From contig CAXXGO010000001.1 of the NCBI GenBank assembly GCA_963666835.2, positions 1,024,001 to 1,088,000 on the forward strand: a stretch of DNA of 64,000 bases, read 5' to 3'. Positions 16,662-26,816 of the stretch are shown in pieces. This stretch comes from Phycisphaerae bacterium (GTDB taxonomy: Bacteria; Planctomycetota; Phycisphaerae; UBA1845). The position numbers and the translations under genes are program-made. Within the stretch, counting starts at the first letter, position 1. Each line of letters begins with the position of its first letter. The notes under the pieces are model-generated. The model saw only the letters and a list, made by a program, of their open reading frames with translations. It was not told the DNA's origin and did not search any database.

Positions 16662-17866
16662 AGATCGCCATTCTGTCAAGAGCTCCCAACTGCTACAGCA
16701 CGAAGCGCCTTTGGCAGGCCGCGGAACTGCGCGGCCATCAGGTTTCCGTTCTCAACACCGGGCATTTTGCCATCTCGCTCGAGGAGCAATACCCCGACCT
16801 TTACTACGATGGCAAGCCCGTTGCGCCCTTCGATGCCGTTATTCCGCGGATTGGTTCGCCAATGACGTATTTCGGTACGGCAGTGGTCAGGCAATTCGAG
16901 GAAATGGGCGTCTTCTCGGCGAACTCGGCGATTGGGATCATTCACTCGCGTGACAAGCTCCGTTGCCTGCAAATCCTGAGCAGGCATGACGTCGGCATCC
17001 CTCAGACCGCATTCGTCCGCGACCGCAAGGACGTACTCCCGGCGATCAAACGCGTCGGGGGCGCGCCCATCATTATCAAGCTCCTGGAAGGCACTCAAGG
17101 TGTCGGGGTGATATTGGCTGACACGATCAAAGTGGCGGAAGCGATTGTCGAAACCCTGCAGAGTGCCAAGCAGAACGTACTTATACAGAAGTTTGTCTCT
17201 GAGAGTAAGGGCAAGGATGTGCGCGCCTTCGTCGTTGGAGAGCGCGTGGTCGCCGCGATGCGACGGGTCGCTCAGGGACAGGAGTTCCGGAGTAATGTGC
17301 ATCGCGGCGGCATGGCCGAAGCGATCACGCTCGATCCTGAATACGAGCAGACCGCCATTCGGGCAGCGCAGTTGGTGGGGCTGCGTGTGGCCGGCGTCGA
17401 CATGCTCGAGGGCACGGACGGCCCCCAGATCATGGAAGTCAACTCGTCGCCGGGGCTCGAGGGTATTGAAAGCGCAACACAAATCGACGTTGCCGGGGCA
17501 ATCGTTGAATACCTGGAAGATCGAGTGAATCTGCCGGATATGGACCTGCGCCAGCGACTTACCGTAACACGAGGGTACGGCGTTGGAGAAATCCCCGTTC
17601 CGAAGAGTTCGGCCCTGGTCGGCACGTCGATCGTAGACACGAATCTGCGGGCACTCGACATCGTGGTGTTGACGCTTCACCGCGGGAAGAAAGTCATTGC
17701 CAACCCGAAGGAGACCCGCAAGCTTCGTGCGGGCGATCGCCTGCTGTGTTTCGGAAAACTCGACGAGATGAAGGCGCTCATTCCACGACGCAAGAAACGC
17801 CGGGTCAAGAAGCTGGCGAAGAAGGTCGTGGAAGAGGCGATGGCATCCGCACCAGAGCAAGGATAG
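16658..17866 (+). CDS. rimK: RimK alpha-L-glutamate ligase (ATP-grasp) with C-terminal TrkA-C/RCK_C domain
   Basis: MKIAILSR, DAVIPRIG, SRDKLR, KLLEGTQG.GV, FRSNVHRGG, MEVNSSPGLEGIE; extra C-terminus S.LVG....LR...V...RG...I.NP....L.AGD.L..FG. Confidence 0.92.
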   Translation: MKIAILSRAPNCYSTKRLWQAAELRGHQVSVLNTGHFAISLEEQYPDLYYDGKPVAPFDAVIPRIGSPMTYFGTAVVRQFEEMGVFSANSAIGIIHSRDKLRCLQILSRHDVGIPQTAFVRDRKDVLPAIKRVGGAPIIIKLLEGTQGVGVILADTIKVAEAIVETLQSAKQNVLIQKFVSESKGKDVRAFVVGERVVAAMRRVAQGQEFRSNVHRGGMAEAITLDPEYEQTAIRAAQLVGLRVAGVDMLEGTDGPQIMEVNSSPGLEGIESATQIDVAGAIVEYLEDRVNLPDMDLRQRLTVTRGYGVGEIPVPKSSALVGTSIVDTNLRALDIVVLTLHRGKKVIANPKETRKLRAGDRLLCFGKLDEMKALIPRRKKRRVKKLAKKVVEEAMASAPEQG

Positions 17867-17870
17867 GCCC

Positions 17871-18944
17871 ATGCCTCGAAAGGACCTTCTTACGTTCGGC
17901 GACGAGAGTGTAGCGCTTGGCCAACGGAGGAATCTCGCCCTCACGGTTTCCCAAAGCTACAGCGGCGCGCCCGTTACCCTTCCGATCACAGTTTGGCGCG
18001 CCGTGAAGCCGGGTCCTGCGGTCTTTGTCACCGCTGCGGTTCACGGCGACGAGCTAAACGGCACGGGAATCGTCCGGGAGATCATCCTCCATGCGCCGTT
18101 TGAACTCATCGCCGGGTCGCTAGTGCTTGTGCCGGTCGTGAATCTGCTCGGTTTTGAACGCCACACCCGCTATCTGCCGGACCGGCGGGACATGAATCGT
18201 TGCTTTCCCGGATCCGCGGACGGCAGCCTGGCGAGCCGCATGGCCCACGTTATCTTCTCCAGCGTTATCAGCCAATGTGACTACGGAATCGATCTTCACA
18301 CGGCCGCGGTACGCCGTACGAATTTCCCGAGCGTGCGAGCGGACCGCAAGAACCCGGAGGCCGCCCGGATTGCCCGAGCATTCGGCTGCGAAGTGATCGT
18401 CAACCGAAAGGGGCCCAAGGCGTCCCTGCGGCGCGAGGCGTGCGACGCCGGGTGCGCAACGGTCATCCTTGAGGCTGGGGAAGTGTGGAAGATCGAGCCC
18501 AACGTGGTGCAGTACGGCATTCGAGGTATTCGAAACGTGCTGATCGAGCTGGGAATGGTAGAAGGGACTCGGGAGGAGCCAGTGTATCAAGTCTGGACTC
18601 GGAAGACCATTTGGGTCCGGGCAAGCTTCGGAGGTATGCTGGCCTTTCACGTGGCTCCAGGCGATATCGTCGAAAAGGACGAGCCCCTGGCGACAAGCAC
18701 GAATCTTCTGGGGGAGGAGCAGGATCTCCTTCGTTCACCCAGTGACGGGATTATACTTGGTATCACAACGCTACCCACCGTTACCCCGGGCAGTCCCGTG
18801 TGCCACATCGCGGTCCCGCGTGGTGGACTCGGGCCGATTCGCCGGGCACTCGAGAAGGAGTCCACCGAGAGTCTGCATGAGCGCCTCAGGGATGACCTTG
18901 CCGCTAGTGTGACTATCTCAGAGCGGGCGGATCCGGCGGGCTGA
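17871..18944 (+). CDS. Succinylglutamate desuccinylase/aspartoacylase (AstE/AspA, M14-like) family protein
   Basis: AAVHGDELNG, RDMNRCFPG, GIDLHT, LEAGE, C-terminal barrel-sandwich domain. Confidence 0.92.
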   Translation: MPRKDLLTFGDESVALGQRRNLALTVSQSYSGAPVTLPITVWRAVKPGPAVFVTAAVHGDELNGTGIVREIILHAPFELIAGSLVLVPVVNLLGFERHTRYLPDRRDMNRCFPGSADGSLASRMAHVIFSSVISQCDYGIDLHTAAVRRTNFPSVRADRKNPEAARIARAFGCEVIVNRKGPKASLRREACDAGCATVILEAGEVWKIEPNVVQYGIRGIRNVLIELGMVEGTREEPVYQVWTRKTIWVRASFGGMLAFHVAPGDIVEKDEPLATSTNLLGEEQDLLRSPSDGIILGITTLPTVTPGSPVCHIAVPRGGLGPIRRALEKESTESLHERLRDDLAASVTISERADPAG

Positions 18945-19020
18945 TTCACTAATGAGGGGACGGCATCTTAGGGCAAAGCAGGGATCATTCTGGAGCCGAC
19001 GTTCCGGATTGGCTCAATTG

Positions 19021-21501
19021 CTACGGATTTCTCTGGTGGTTTGCCCAATCTCGGTATTTCTGCGCCTCTTCGGGTCTCTGGGTGTTCTCGTACAACGCAG
19101 CCAGACAGTTCGCGATTGCCTGAACTCTGCCGTCTTTCGCCCCTACCGAGTCGGTAAGCTCGGTGATCGCTTCCACGAGAGGGGTTTCCGCATCCTCGTA
19201 ACGCTGCAATGCCGAAAAGCAGTAACCGGTCAACGCCTTATGCATGGCCCGGTGCGGATGCCCGGGTGAAAGCGCGTCGCGACTGATTGCTACGGCGCGC
19301 TGCGCCAGTGGCAGAGCCCGTTCCGGGTCACCGCCCATAAGAAAGAAGTCGGCAACGGTGGCGAGCAGGTCGGCCTTAGAACTGCTGTTATCGTCAAGTT
19401 GCCGATCGGCAATGGCAACCGCCTGAAGATATAGCTCTTCAGCCTCCCGCCTCTTGCCCTGATCCGCAAGTATGTTTGCGAGGTTCTGCGTCTTGTAGGC
19501 ATGCTCGGCAGTTTCGTATGAGTATGTTTGATTCAGGATGAGAATCGCTTCGCGCATTGCCTTCTCGGCTTCGTCGTATTCCTCCAGCTTCCGGAGGAGA
19601 ATCCCGAGGTTCTCCAGGTCGCGGCTAACTCGTGCGTGCCTGGCTCCGAAACGTTCCCGATCACGCTCCAAGGCCCGCCTGAGGAATGGCTCGGCTTCGG
19701 CGAGGCGTCCCTGCGCCTGGAGCATGGTGGACACCAAGTTGGCAGCCGTTGCGATGTCGCCATCGAGGTCATCGGGGATGTCCTCTGCGATTTCGAGATA
19801 CTCCCGCGCCGCCTCCTCCCCCTCCTGCAGGTGTTGCTGGAACATCAACACAACAGAGAGTCGGCCTAAGCTGCGACCTAATTCGCTGCGGTGTTCCTTC
19901 CCGTACTTTCTCAAGATCGGAATAGCTGCGCGCAGCCCTTCTTCGGCGCCGGTCAGATCGCCGGTGGTGTACTGCCACACGGCATACCGCGACCGGCTCT
20001 CCGCGGTCTCGGCATGGTCCTCGCCGAAGAGCGCACGGTGCGTTTCCAGGGCGGCGCGCATGTATCTTCCGCCTTCCTCGTACCGCCCCAAATTCATGTA
20101 AGCCACGCCGATCGTTCGCTGCACGATGGCGCGCGCTGTTTCGTCTTGCACGAATCCTTCATTCAGTTGAGCCGCGGTCTTATCCAGCAGCGCGAGAAGG
20201 GCGTCGCCACTCTCGCCCGCGGCGGGATCGGCTTGTACTAACACGCGGTTCAACACGCTGAGTACTTGTTGAGACGTTTCGAACTGCGTCTGTGAGCGGC
20301 GGTAGAGCACAAACACCGACAGGGCGAACACGGTCACCAACACGGTGAATGTGGCGATGGCCCCGACTGCGATGCGATGACGCCGTAAGGTCTTGCAGAA
20401 TACATACCAACGGCGGTCGCGCTTGGCTTCAATAGGCTCGCGGTCCAGGTAATGCTGAATGTCGCTGGTTAACTCGGACACTGACTGATAACGCCGATCG
20501 CGGTCTTTTTCGAGCGTTTTCAGCACGATGGTCTCGATGTCTCCGCGCAGCACTCGGTTAACCGCCGACATGCGACGCGGCTCCTGCTCGCGAATGACGC
20601 GCGGGACGTCGAAGGGGGAGGCGGTGCTGAAGTCGTATGGCAGCTCACCGGTGAGCAACTCGAAGAGCACCACGCCCAGAGCATACACATCCGAGCGCGT
20701 ATCCAACTCGGTCGCATCTCCCTCGCATTGTTCCGGGCTCATATAGCGCAGCGTTCCGACGAGCTTGCCCACGTCCGTCTGCAGGGTGGCGATCGTCAGA
20801 TCGGCATCCGTCGCGCGGGCTACGCCGAAGTCGATTAGCTTGGGCCGACCTCGCTCGTCAACGAGAATGTTGGCTGGCTTCAGGTCGCGATGAATGACCC
20901 CGCGCTGATGCCCGGCCTGCACAGCGTCACAAACCTTCATGAACAGCTTGAGACGATCTCGCGTCGACAGCCGGTTCTCTTCGGCATAGTGCGTGATGGG
21001 CCGTGCCCCGGGGATGAACTCCATCGCAAAAAACGGCGCGCCGTGGTCGCCGCCGTGAGTACCGGCTTCGTAGATCTGGGCGATACCCGGATGTCGCAAT
21101 CGGCCCAGGATCTCGGATTCGTGTTTGAAGCGATGCAGTGCGGAGCGCGAAGCCAAACCGGGCCGGATGACCTTCAAGGCAACGGTCCGGTGCGGCTCCT
21201 CTTGCAGGGCCTCGTATACCGTGCCCATCCCCCCGGCGGCGATCACACGCTGAATATGGTAGCGCCCGATCTTCGTACCAACCAGCGGATCATATTCCGG
21301 AGATGATGGCTTCATCACCTGTTTTGGCGGCTCCAGAAACCCGCGAGCTTGCTCGTCTGCCTTCAGAAGCGATTCGACCTCCGCACGCAGTTCCGGGTCT
21401 CCACGGCAGGCTTCATCGAGGTACGCGATTCGATCCGGCGGCGCACGCTCCAAGACGGCCTCGAACACTTCGATAGTACGTTGACTGTCCGATGTGATCA
21501 T
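19021..21501 (-). CDS. Membrane Hanks-type Ser/Thr kinase with extracytoplasmic TPRs
   Basis: GGMG.VY, VALK, IHRDLKPAN, DFG, GT..YMSPEQ, SDVYALG; one TM; kinesin-light-chain-like TPRs. Confidence 0.95.
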   Translation of the reverse strand: MITSDSQRTIEVFEAVLERAPPDRIAYLDEACRGDPELRAEVESLLKADEQARGFLEPPKQVMKPSSPEYDPLVGTKIGRYHIQRVIAAGGMGTVYEALQEEPHRTVALKVIRPGLASRSALHRFKHESEILGRLRHPGIAQIYEAGTHGGDHGAPFFAMEFIPGARPITHYAEENRLSTRDRLKLFMKVCDAVQAGHQRGVIHRDLKPANILVDERGRPKLIDFGVARATDADLTIATLQTDVGKLVGTLRYMSPEQCEGDATELDTRSDVYALGVVLFELLTGELPYDFSTASPFDVPRVIREQEPRRMSAVNRVLRGDIETIVLKTLEKDRDRRYQSVSELTSDIQHYLDREPIEAKRDRRWYVFCKTLRRHRIAVGAIATFTVLVTVFALSVFVLYRRSQTQFETSQQVLSVLNRVLVQADPAAGESGDALLALLDKTAAQLNEGFVQDETARAIVQRTIGVAYMNLGRYEEGGRYMRAALETHRALFGEDHAETAESRSRYAVWQYTTGDLTGAEEGLRAAIPILRKYGKEHRSELGRSLGRLSVVLMFQQHLQEGEEAAREYLEIAEDIPDDLDGDIATAANLVSTMLQAQGRLAEAEPFLRRALERDRERFGARHARVSRDLENLGILLRKLEEYDEAEKAMREAILILNQTYSYETAEHAYKTQNLANILADQGKRREAEELYLQAVAIADRQLDDNSSSKADLLATVADFFLMGGDPERALPLAQRAVAISRDALSPGHPHRAMHKALTGYCFSALQRYEDAETPLVEAITELTDSVGAKDGRVQAIANCLAALYENTQRPEEAQKYRDWANHQRNP

Positions 21502-21521
21502 AACACCGCCACGATGGCAAG

Positions 21522-22097
21522 CTAAGGACGGCTATCAGCCAGTTCGCGATAGAGCCACGCGCGGGCATATTGCCATTGCCGCTCCACAGTACGTGTCGAG
21601 ACTTCCAATACGGCGGCCACTTCGTCGATCGTCAGCCCGCCGAAGAAACGCAGTTCGACAACGCGGGCTCGCTGCGCGTCCTGCTCGGCCAAACGGCAAA
21701 GCGCGTCGTCAAGCGAGAGCAGATCGATCGTCTTTTCGTACTCCGCAATCAAGCCCTCGTCGAGCTGGACCTTGTGCCACTTCCCGCTACGTTTGACCCG
21801 GGCATGACTGCGGGCATGATCGACCAGGATGCGGCGCAGGGCTTGAGCGGCGACGGAGAAGAAATGAGCTCGGTCTTCCCATCGCGCCCGCCTCTGATCG
21901 ACGAGTTTGAGGTAGGCCTCGTGGACGACGGCCGTGGGCTGCAATGTGTGGTCGACGCGTTCCGACCGCATGAGGTCCCCCGCAAGGGCTCGCAGACGGT
22001 CGTAAACCAAGGGGAGGAGTTCATCCGCGGCCCGCGAGTCACCCTCACTTGCCCGGACCAGCAATGCGGTCATATCCTCCAGCTCGGTCATCTCCAC
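21522..22097 (-). CDS. ECF sigma factor, STK-associated (TIGR02999-type)
   Basis: LLPLVY..LR.LA, HTLQPTA.VHEAY.KL, RRILVDHAR, VVELRFFGGLT..E, W.YARAWL. Confidence 0.93.
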   Translation of the reverse strand: MEMTELEDMTALLVRASEGDSRAADELLPLVYDRLRALAGDLMRSERVDHTLQPTAVVHEAYLKLVDQRRARWEDRAHFFSVAAQALRRILVDHARSHARVKRSGKWHKVQLDEGLIAEYEKTIDLLSLDDALCRLAEQDAQRARVVELRFFGGLTIDEVAAVLEVSTRTVERQWQYARAWLYRELADSRP

Positions 22098-22225
22098 AAA
22101 CCCCAGCGAGCATTAAGGTTAGCGAGACCCTGTCGGGATTCTCCTCTGATTATCGCGAATAGGAGTATGGGAAGCAACCACAAGTTTGTGCCCACGTTCC
22201 GCGCGACAGTATCGGAGACCTAATC

Positions 22226-24484
22226 ATGACACGTATTGTAGCAATTGTGACATTTGCTCTTGCCTTCATGGCGGCAGGAACGGCATTGGCTCTGGAGCCG
22301 GTCGGCACCGCGTTTACCTACCAGGGGCAGCTCAAGCAGAACGGCGCGCCCGTAACCGGTGACGCCGAGTTCATCTTCAAGCTCTGGGACGCCCCAACCG
22401 GGGGAAACCAAGTTGGCGAGACCGTGCAGACTACCGCTACGCATCCGGTTGTTGACGGCCTGTTCACGATCCAACTGGACTTCAACCCTCTTACCGGGTG
22501 GATCTTCGACGGCACGGCCTTCTGGTTGGAGGTGCAAGTGGAGTATCCCGCCGGTTCGGGATCGTGGGAGACGCTGACGCCGCGACAGCGATTAACGGCT
22601 GCGCCTTTCGCCTCGTTCTCCACGCTGGCCACAGCCGTGCCTTGGGCGGGGATTCTCGACCTGCCGGCGAGGTTTGCGGACGGGGTGGATGACGTCGGCG
22701 AAGAACTATTCTGGTCGCTTGTCGGTAACGCGGGCACCACGTCCGGCACCGATTTCATTGGCACGACCGACGACACGCCACTCGAGCTGCGCGTCAACGG
22801 CATGCGTGCTCTTCGGCTCGAGCCGACTGTGAGCTATCCGAACGTCATTGCAGGCCACTCCACGAACCACGCCGATCCTGGCGTTATCGCCGCGGCGATT
22901 TCCGGGGGCGCGTTCAATTCGGTGCACGCATGGCACGCTACCGTCGGCGGTGGGATCGGCAATGAAGCTCACGGCGTCAACTCGACCATAGCCGGCGGCG
23001 ACTACAACATGATTGGCGACGTTGCCGGCTGGGCAACCATTGCCGGTGGGCGAGACAACGAGGCTACTCAGGAATACGCCATGATTCCGGGTGGCCTGGA
23101 GAACTTCGCCGGCGGCGAGTACAGCTTCGCCGCCGGCCGTCGGGCCAAGGTCCGCGGGCCCGGCGAAGTCGGCGGCGAAGACACTAACGGCGACGAGGGC
23201 ACCTTCGTCTGGGCCGACTCGAAGGAAAGCGAGTTCTGGTCCACCGGGCCCAACCAGTTTCTGATTCGCGCCAATGGTGGCGTAGGGATCAACACCAACG
23301 CCCCCGAGGCGACTCTCCATCTTGTTTCGCCCCGCGTTGGCGAACAGATCGACTTGTATTCGCCATTCGGCGGTACGGGCATCGCCGTTGAGGCTACATA
23401 CCCGACCGAATTCGGTTTTCCTATCTACGGAGGCGATTTCCGTGTCACCGGCGCCACTTCCTACGGAGTCTATGCTCAGGCCACCAATTCGCTGCCCGGT
23501 ATTCTCGGCAGCAGCACGTACGGCGTGTACGGTAAGGCCACGAGCGTCGCAGGCGCCGGGGCGAGTGCCTACGGCGGCTATTTCGTGGCCGCGGGCGCTA
23601 CCCCCGGTGCGGGTGTCTACGGACAAGGTGCCACTGGGGTATACGGCACGACCAGTGTTACTGGCGCAGGTGGCGGATACGGCGTACGGGGCGTAGTCGC
23701 GTGTTCCAAGGGAAAAGCCGTGTCCGGCCAGGCAACTGACACCGGATATGGCCCCTCCTACGGCGGATACTTTTCCTCCGGCGGAACCGACGGCATCGGC
23801 GTCTACGGCTATGCTACGGGCAGCGCCGGACGCGGCGTCATCGGCGACGCAACCGGGACGTACGGTATCGGCGTCTACGGCGCGGGCGATACGGGTGTCA
23901 AAGCCGAGGGCACGGGCGAAGCGGGCTATGCCCTCTGGGCCGAGGTGACGGCCGGTAACGGCACCGCCGTCTACGCGAGAAGCGGCGCGTCCGGAGGCTA
24001 TGCCGGTCATTTCGTCGGCAACGTGAAGATCTGCAGCCGCGAGAGCGGGGCCACGGTGATCGAGTTGGGCACCGGTCTGGACTACGCGGAAGGTTTCGAT
24101 GTCACCGACGCGCCCGCCGTTGCGCCCGGTATGGTGCTCGTGATCGACCCGCGGCATCCTGGGCAGCTCGCTTTGAGCACGACGGCCTACGATCGCAAGG
24201 TTGCCGGAATCGTGGCCGGTGCCAACGGGCTGGGCTCCGCGGTCAAGTTGGGTTGCGGACAATTCGACCATGACGTTGCCCTGGCCGGGCGCGTGTACTG
24301 CTTCGCCGTAGCCGGAGACGAGCCCATTGAGCCGGGTGATCTGCTCACGTCCTCCGATGTACCGGGGCACGCGATGAAGGTCCAGGATCATAGTCGAGCA
24401 CAGGGGGCGATTCTCGGCAAAGCAATGGAGCGGCTCGAAGCAGGTAAGCATGGGCAGATCCTCGTGTTGGTAACGCTGCAGTAG
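22226..24484 (+). CDS. Secreted fibre-like protein: FTYQGQL N-domain, Gly-rich beta repeats, C-terminal peptidase-G2-like (DYAE) chaperone
   Basis: Signal peptide; ATIAGG.N.A and YGVYG.A repeats; GVGINT; DYAEGF...VALAGRV...PGDLL...GAILGKAM. Confidence 0.75.
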   Translation: MTRIVAIVTFALAFMAAGTALALEPVGTAFTYQGQLKQNGAPVTGDAEFIFKLWDAPTGGNQVGETVQTTATHPVVDGLFTIQLDFNPLTGWIFDGTAFWLEVQVEYPAGSGSWETLTPRQRLTAAPFASFSTLATAVPWAGILDLPARFADGVDDVGEELFWSLVGNAGTTSGTDFIGTTDDTPLELRVNGMRALRLEPTVSYPNVIAGHSTNHADPGVIAAAISGGAFNSVHAWHATVGGGIGNEAHGVNSTIAGGDYNMIGDVAGWATIAGGRDNEATQEYAMIPGGLENFAGGEYSFAAGRRAKVRGPGEVGGEDTNGDEGTFVWADSKESEFWSTGPNQFLIRANGGVGINTNAPEATLHLVSPRVGEQIDLYSPFGGTGIAVEATYPTEFGFPIYGGDFRVTGATSYGVYAQATNSLPGILGSSTYGVYGKATSVAGAGASAYGGYFVAAGATPGAGVYGQGATGVYGTTSVTGAGGGYGVRGVVACSKGKAVSGQATDTGYGPSYGGYFSSGGTDGIGVYGYATGSAGRGVIGDATGTYGIGVYGAGDTGVKAEGTGEAGYALWAEVTAGNGTAVYARSGASGGYAGHFVGNVKICSRESGATVIELGTGLDYAEGFDVTDAPAVAPGMVLVIDPRHPGQLALSTTAYDRKVAGIVAGANGLGSAVKLGCGQFDHDVALAGRVYCFAVAGDEPIEPGDLLTSSDVPGHAMKVQDHSRAQGAILGKAMERLEAGKHGQILVLVTLQ

Positions 24485-24501
24485 AAGGGAGACGCGGATC
24501 A

Positions 24502-26079
24502 ATGAGAGGCATAACGTTCATAACATCGCTCGCGTTGACGTTGCCCTGGCTGTCGCCGGTTCTCGCGCCCGCGCAAACGGTGACCGAGCAGGAGGCACAC
24601 ATCGTCGCGCAGAACTGGATGGCGTTCATCTGTCAGCGGGACGGTGCATGGTTCGAAGAGAATAATCCGGAGATCGTGAAACTCGAACCGTTGCGGATTG
24701 ACGGCCAACTTGCCGGTTACGTCGCCCACGTTCAACCGCAAGGCTACGTTGTGGTTTCGGCGCACACGGATTTTCCGCCAATCAAGATGTACTCAACAAG
24801 CAGTTCTCTTGACATAACAAGCTCTCACGGGTTTGCGGCGGTGGCGAAGCGCACGCTCGGCCAACGCGTCCGATTCCTCGTAGCGGAGTTCGGCGGGCTC
24901 GATGACGCTCAACTGTCCGGCCTGCGCCACCATACGCCCGACGAGAATCGGGAACTGTGGACTCTGCTGAAAGGAAGGGGACAGGATTGGGTTACGACGT
25001 TGGGTTCGGTGCAAACGGATGGTCGAGGGATTGTCGGTCCGCTGCTGGAAACGAGCTGGCACCAGAGGGTCCCGTACAACGACCTATGCCCGAGTATGGG
25101 TTGTACCACCGGGTGCGGCGGGTTTAACGATCGGGCGGTTGTAGGCTGTTGCCCGTTGGCGATGGCGCAGGTGATGCGTTACTTCGCCTGGCCGCCGTAC
25201 ATCTACGACGACTGGGATGCCCCCTATGACTGGACAGTGATGCACAAACGGTACGAGTGCGACGGAAACGGCTGGTTCAACGACGAAAGCGGCGAGTCCG
25301 TGACCTCATTCTCAATATACGAGACTGCACGCATTTGCGCGGACGCAGGCTGGACGCTGGAGGACTCGTGGCCGTGTAATGGCATCGTCTATGGCTGCGG
25401 TTCGACCAGTGCCTCGGGCTGTCATTGGGCATGCAACGATGCGCGCGACGGGCTTGAGGACTATCTCAAATACGACCAGTCCGGAAAAGAACCCGATTGC
25501 GAGGATCGCACCGAGCACTCTGCTGCGGGTTGGTTCGATGTGATAGCTGACGAGCTCGACGTCAATCGGCCCATGATCTACCGTATTAGCGACGGGGACG
25601 ACTATGGCCACTATGTCGTGGTGGACGGATACGACGATACCGGCGGGCAGGACTTCGTTCACGCTAACTACGGGCACGACCAAGGAAACACTACCTGGTA
25701 CGCGATTGACAATTTCGACTGCGGCGGCGGTGACTGCAACTACGAGGAGGAGTATCTCATCCGCCGGATCATCCCACGTTATGGTTTCTGTGGCAGCATC
25801 TCCGGCACACTGCCGGCCCGAGATGATCCGTCCCACGTGCATCGCTACGTTTACTGCGACTGTGCCTCGACCAATCTGACCGTGCTGGGCGGAGCGTGGT
25901 TGCAGTTCCTTCCCGGCACCAGCTTGAAGTGCGCCGCCAACTCGATCGACGTGCCGGGCCGCAACGCGGTCGAAGGAGCGACGAAGTTCTTCACCCTTAC
26001 GGGGGAAGAGGGAGCGATGGTGGTCGAGGAGTACGGTCATGTTCGGCTACTACCCGGCGGCGGTCTGCGTCTTCATTAG
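24502..26079 (+). CDS. Secreted C10 (streptopain-family) cysteine protease with Spi-like propeptide
   Basis: GYVVVSA propeptide; PLL...WHQ..PYN..CP; VGCCPLAMAQVMRY; GHYVVVDGY; HANYG. Confidence 0.88.
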   Translation: MRGITFITSLALTLPWLSPVLAPAQTVTEQEAHIVAQNWMAFICQRDGAWFEENNPEIVKLEPLRIDGQLAGYVAHVQPQGYVVVSAHTDFPPIKMYSTSSSLDITSSHGFAAVAKRTLGQRVRFLVAEFGGLDDAQLSGLRHHTPDENRELWTLLKGRGQDWVTTLGSVQTDGRGIVGPLLETSWHQRVPYNDLCPSMGCTTGCGGFNDRAVVGCCPLAMAQVMRYFAWPPYIYDDWDAPYDWTVMHKRYECDGNGWFNDESGESVTSFSIYETARICADAGWTLEDSWPCNGIVYGCGSTSASGCHWACNDARDGLEDYLKYDQSGKEPDCEDRTEHSAAGWFDVIADELDVNRPMIYRISDGDDYGHYVVVDGYDDTGGQDFVHANYGHDQGNTTWYAIDNFDCGGGDCNYEEEYLIRRIIPRYGFCGSISGTLPARDDPSHVHRYVYCDCASTNLTVLGGAWLQFLPGTSLKCAANSIDVPGRNAVEGATKFFTLTGEEGAMVVEEYGHVRLLPGGGLRLH

Positions 26080-26164
26080 ACGCGAGAGGCGTCTGTGGCC
26101 GGATACGACTGGCGTTGCCCGACTGTCAGGAAACTAGCCTGCGATACTCGCAGAGGATTCAATC

Positions 26165-26671
26165 ATGAAGCACGATAACACGCTCAAACACGTGTCCCTG
26201 ATCCTGCTCAGTTTGTCCGTAGTCCTTGCTGCCGGTTTCGAGCAGTTCCGGAGTATTGCCCTGGACTGGTACACCGTCGACGGTGGCGGGGACATGCGGT
26301 TGACCGGCGGTAGTCTTGAACTCTCCGGCACTATCGGCCAACCCGATACGGACAGTTCGCTGACCATGAATGGCCCGACACTGTCACTCACCGGGGGGTT
26401 CTGGGCCGGCGTACCGGAAACCGTCTCCGTCCCGGGCGACTGTACCGGCGATCGGGTGGTTGACTTGGACGATTTCGAGCTCATCGCGCCGTGCCTGACC
26501 GGTCCTGGGATCATTATCACAGTTGATTGCGATTGTGCCGATCTGGACGGTGATGATGATAGCGACTTGGCGGACTTCGCCGTGTTTCAACGGACGCTTG
26601 ACTCACAGGAGGACCGCCGCGGTGTTTACAGGGCTGACGTCCCGTTACCGACCGAATTTATCGCCACTTGA
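26165..26671 (+). CDS. Small secreted protein (WYTVDGGG...SGTIGQPD...LTGGFW) with dockerin-like tail
   Basis: Signal-like N-terminus, compact beta-rich motif, GDC.GD..VDL.DF...ADLDGD.D.DLADFA.FQ. Confidence 0.75.
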   Translation: MKHDNTLKHVSLILLSLSVVLAAGFEQFRSIALDWYTVDGGGDMRLTGGSLELSGTIGQPDTDSSLTMNGPTLSLTGGFWAGVPETVSVPGDCTGDRVVDLDDFELIAPCLTGPGIIITVDCDCADLDGDDDSDLADFAVFQRTLDSQEDRRGVYRADVPLPTEFIAT

Positions 26672-26816
26672 TGTAACCTCTTATCCAAACGTAAGATAAT
26701 CTATGTTCGGGGTTGGCGTTGATTGAAACGGATCGGACGCCGAGTACTCCATTCTTGTACGTCAACTGGGCAACGAGCCGCGCGAGGTCTCGGGTGCCCT
26801 TCGGGGGAAGAACATA

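Noticed and set aside
22706..24502. Long antisense ORFs (also 27990-29633, 16676-17944, 6649-7716, 47005-48102)
   Set aside because: Shadow frames of well-supported genes in GC-rich DNA, with no recognisable motifs
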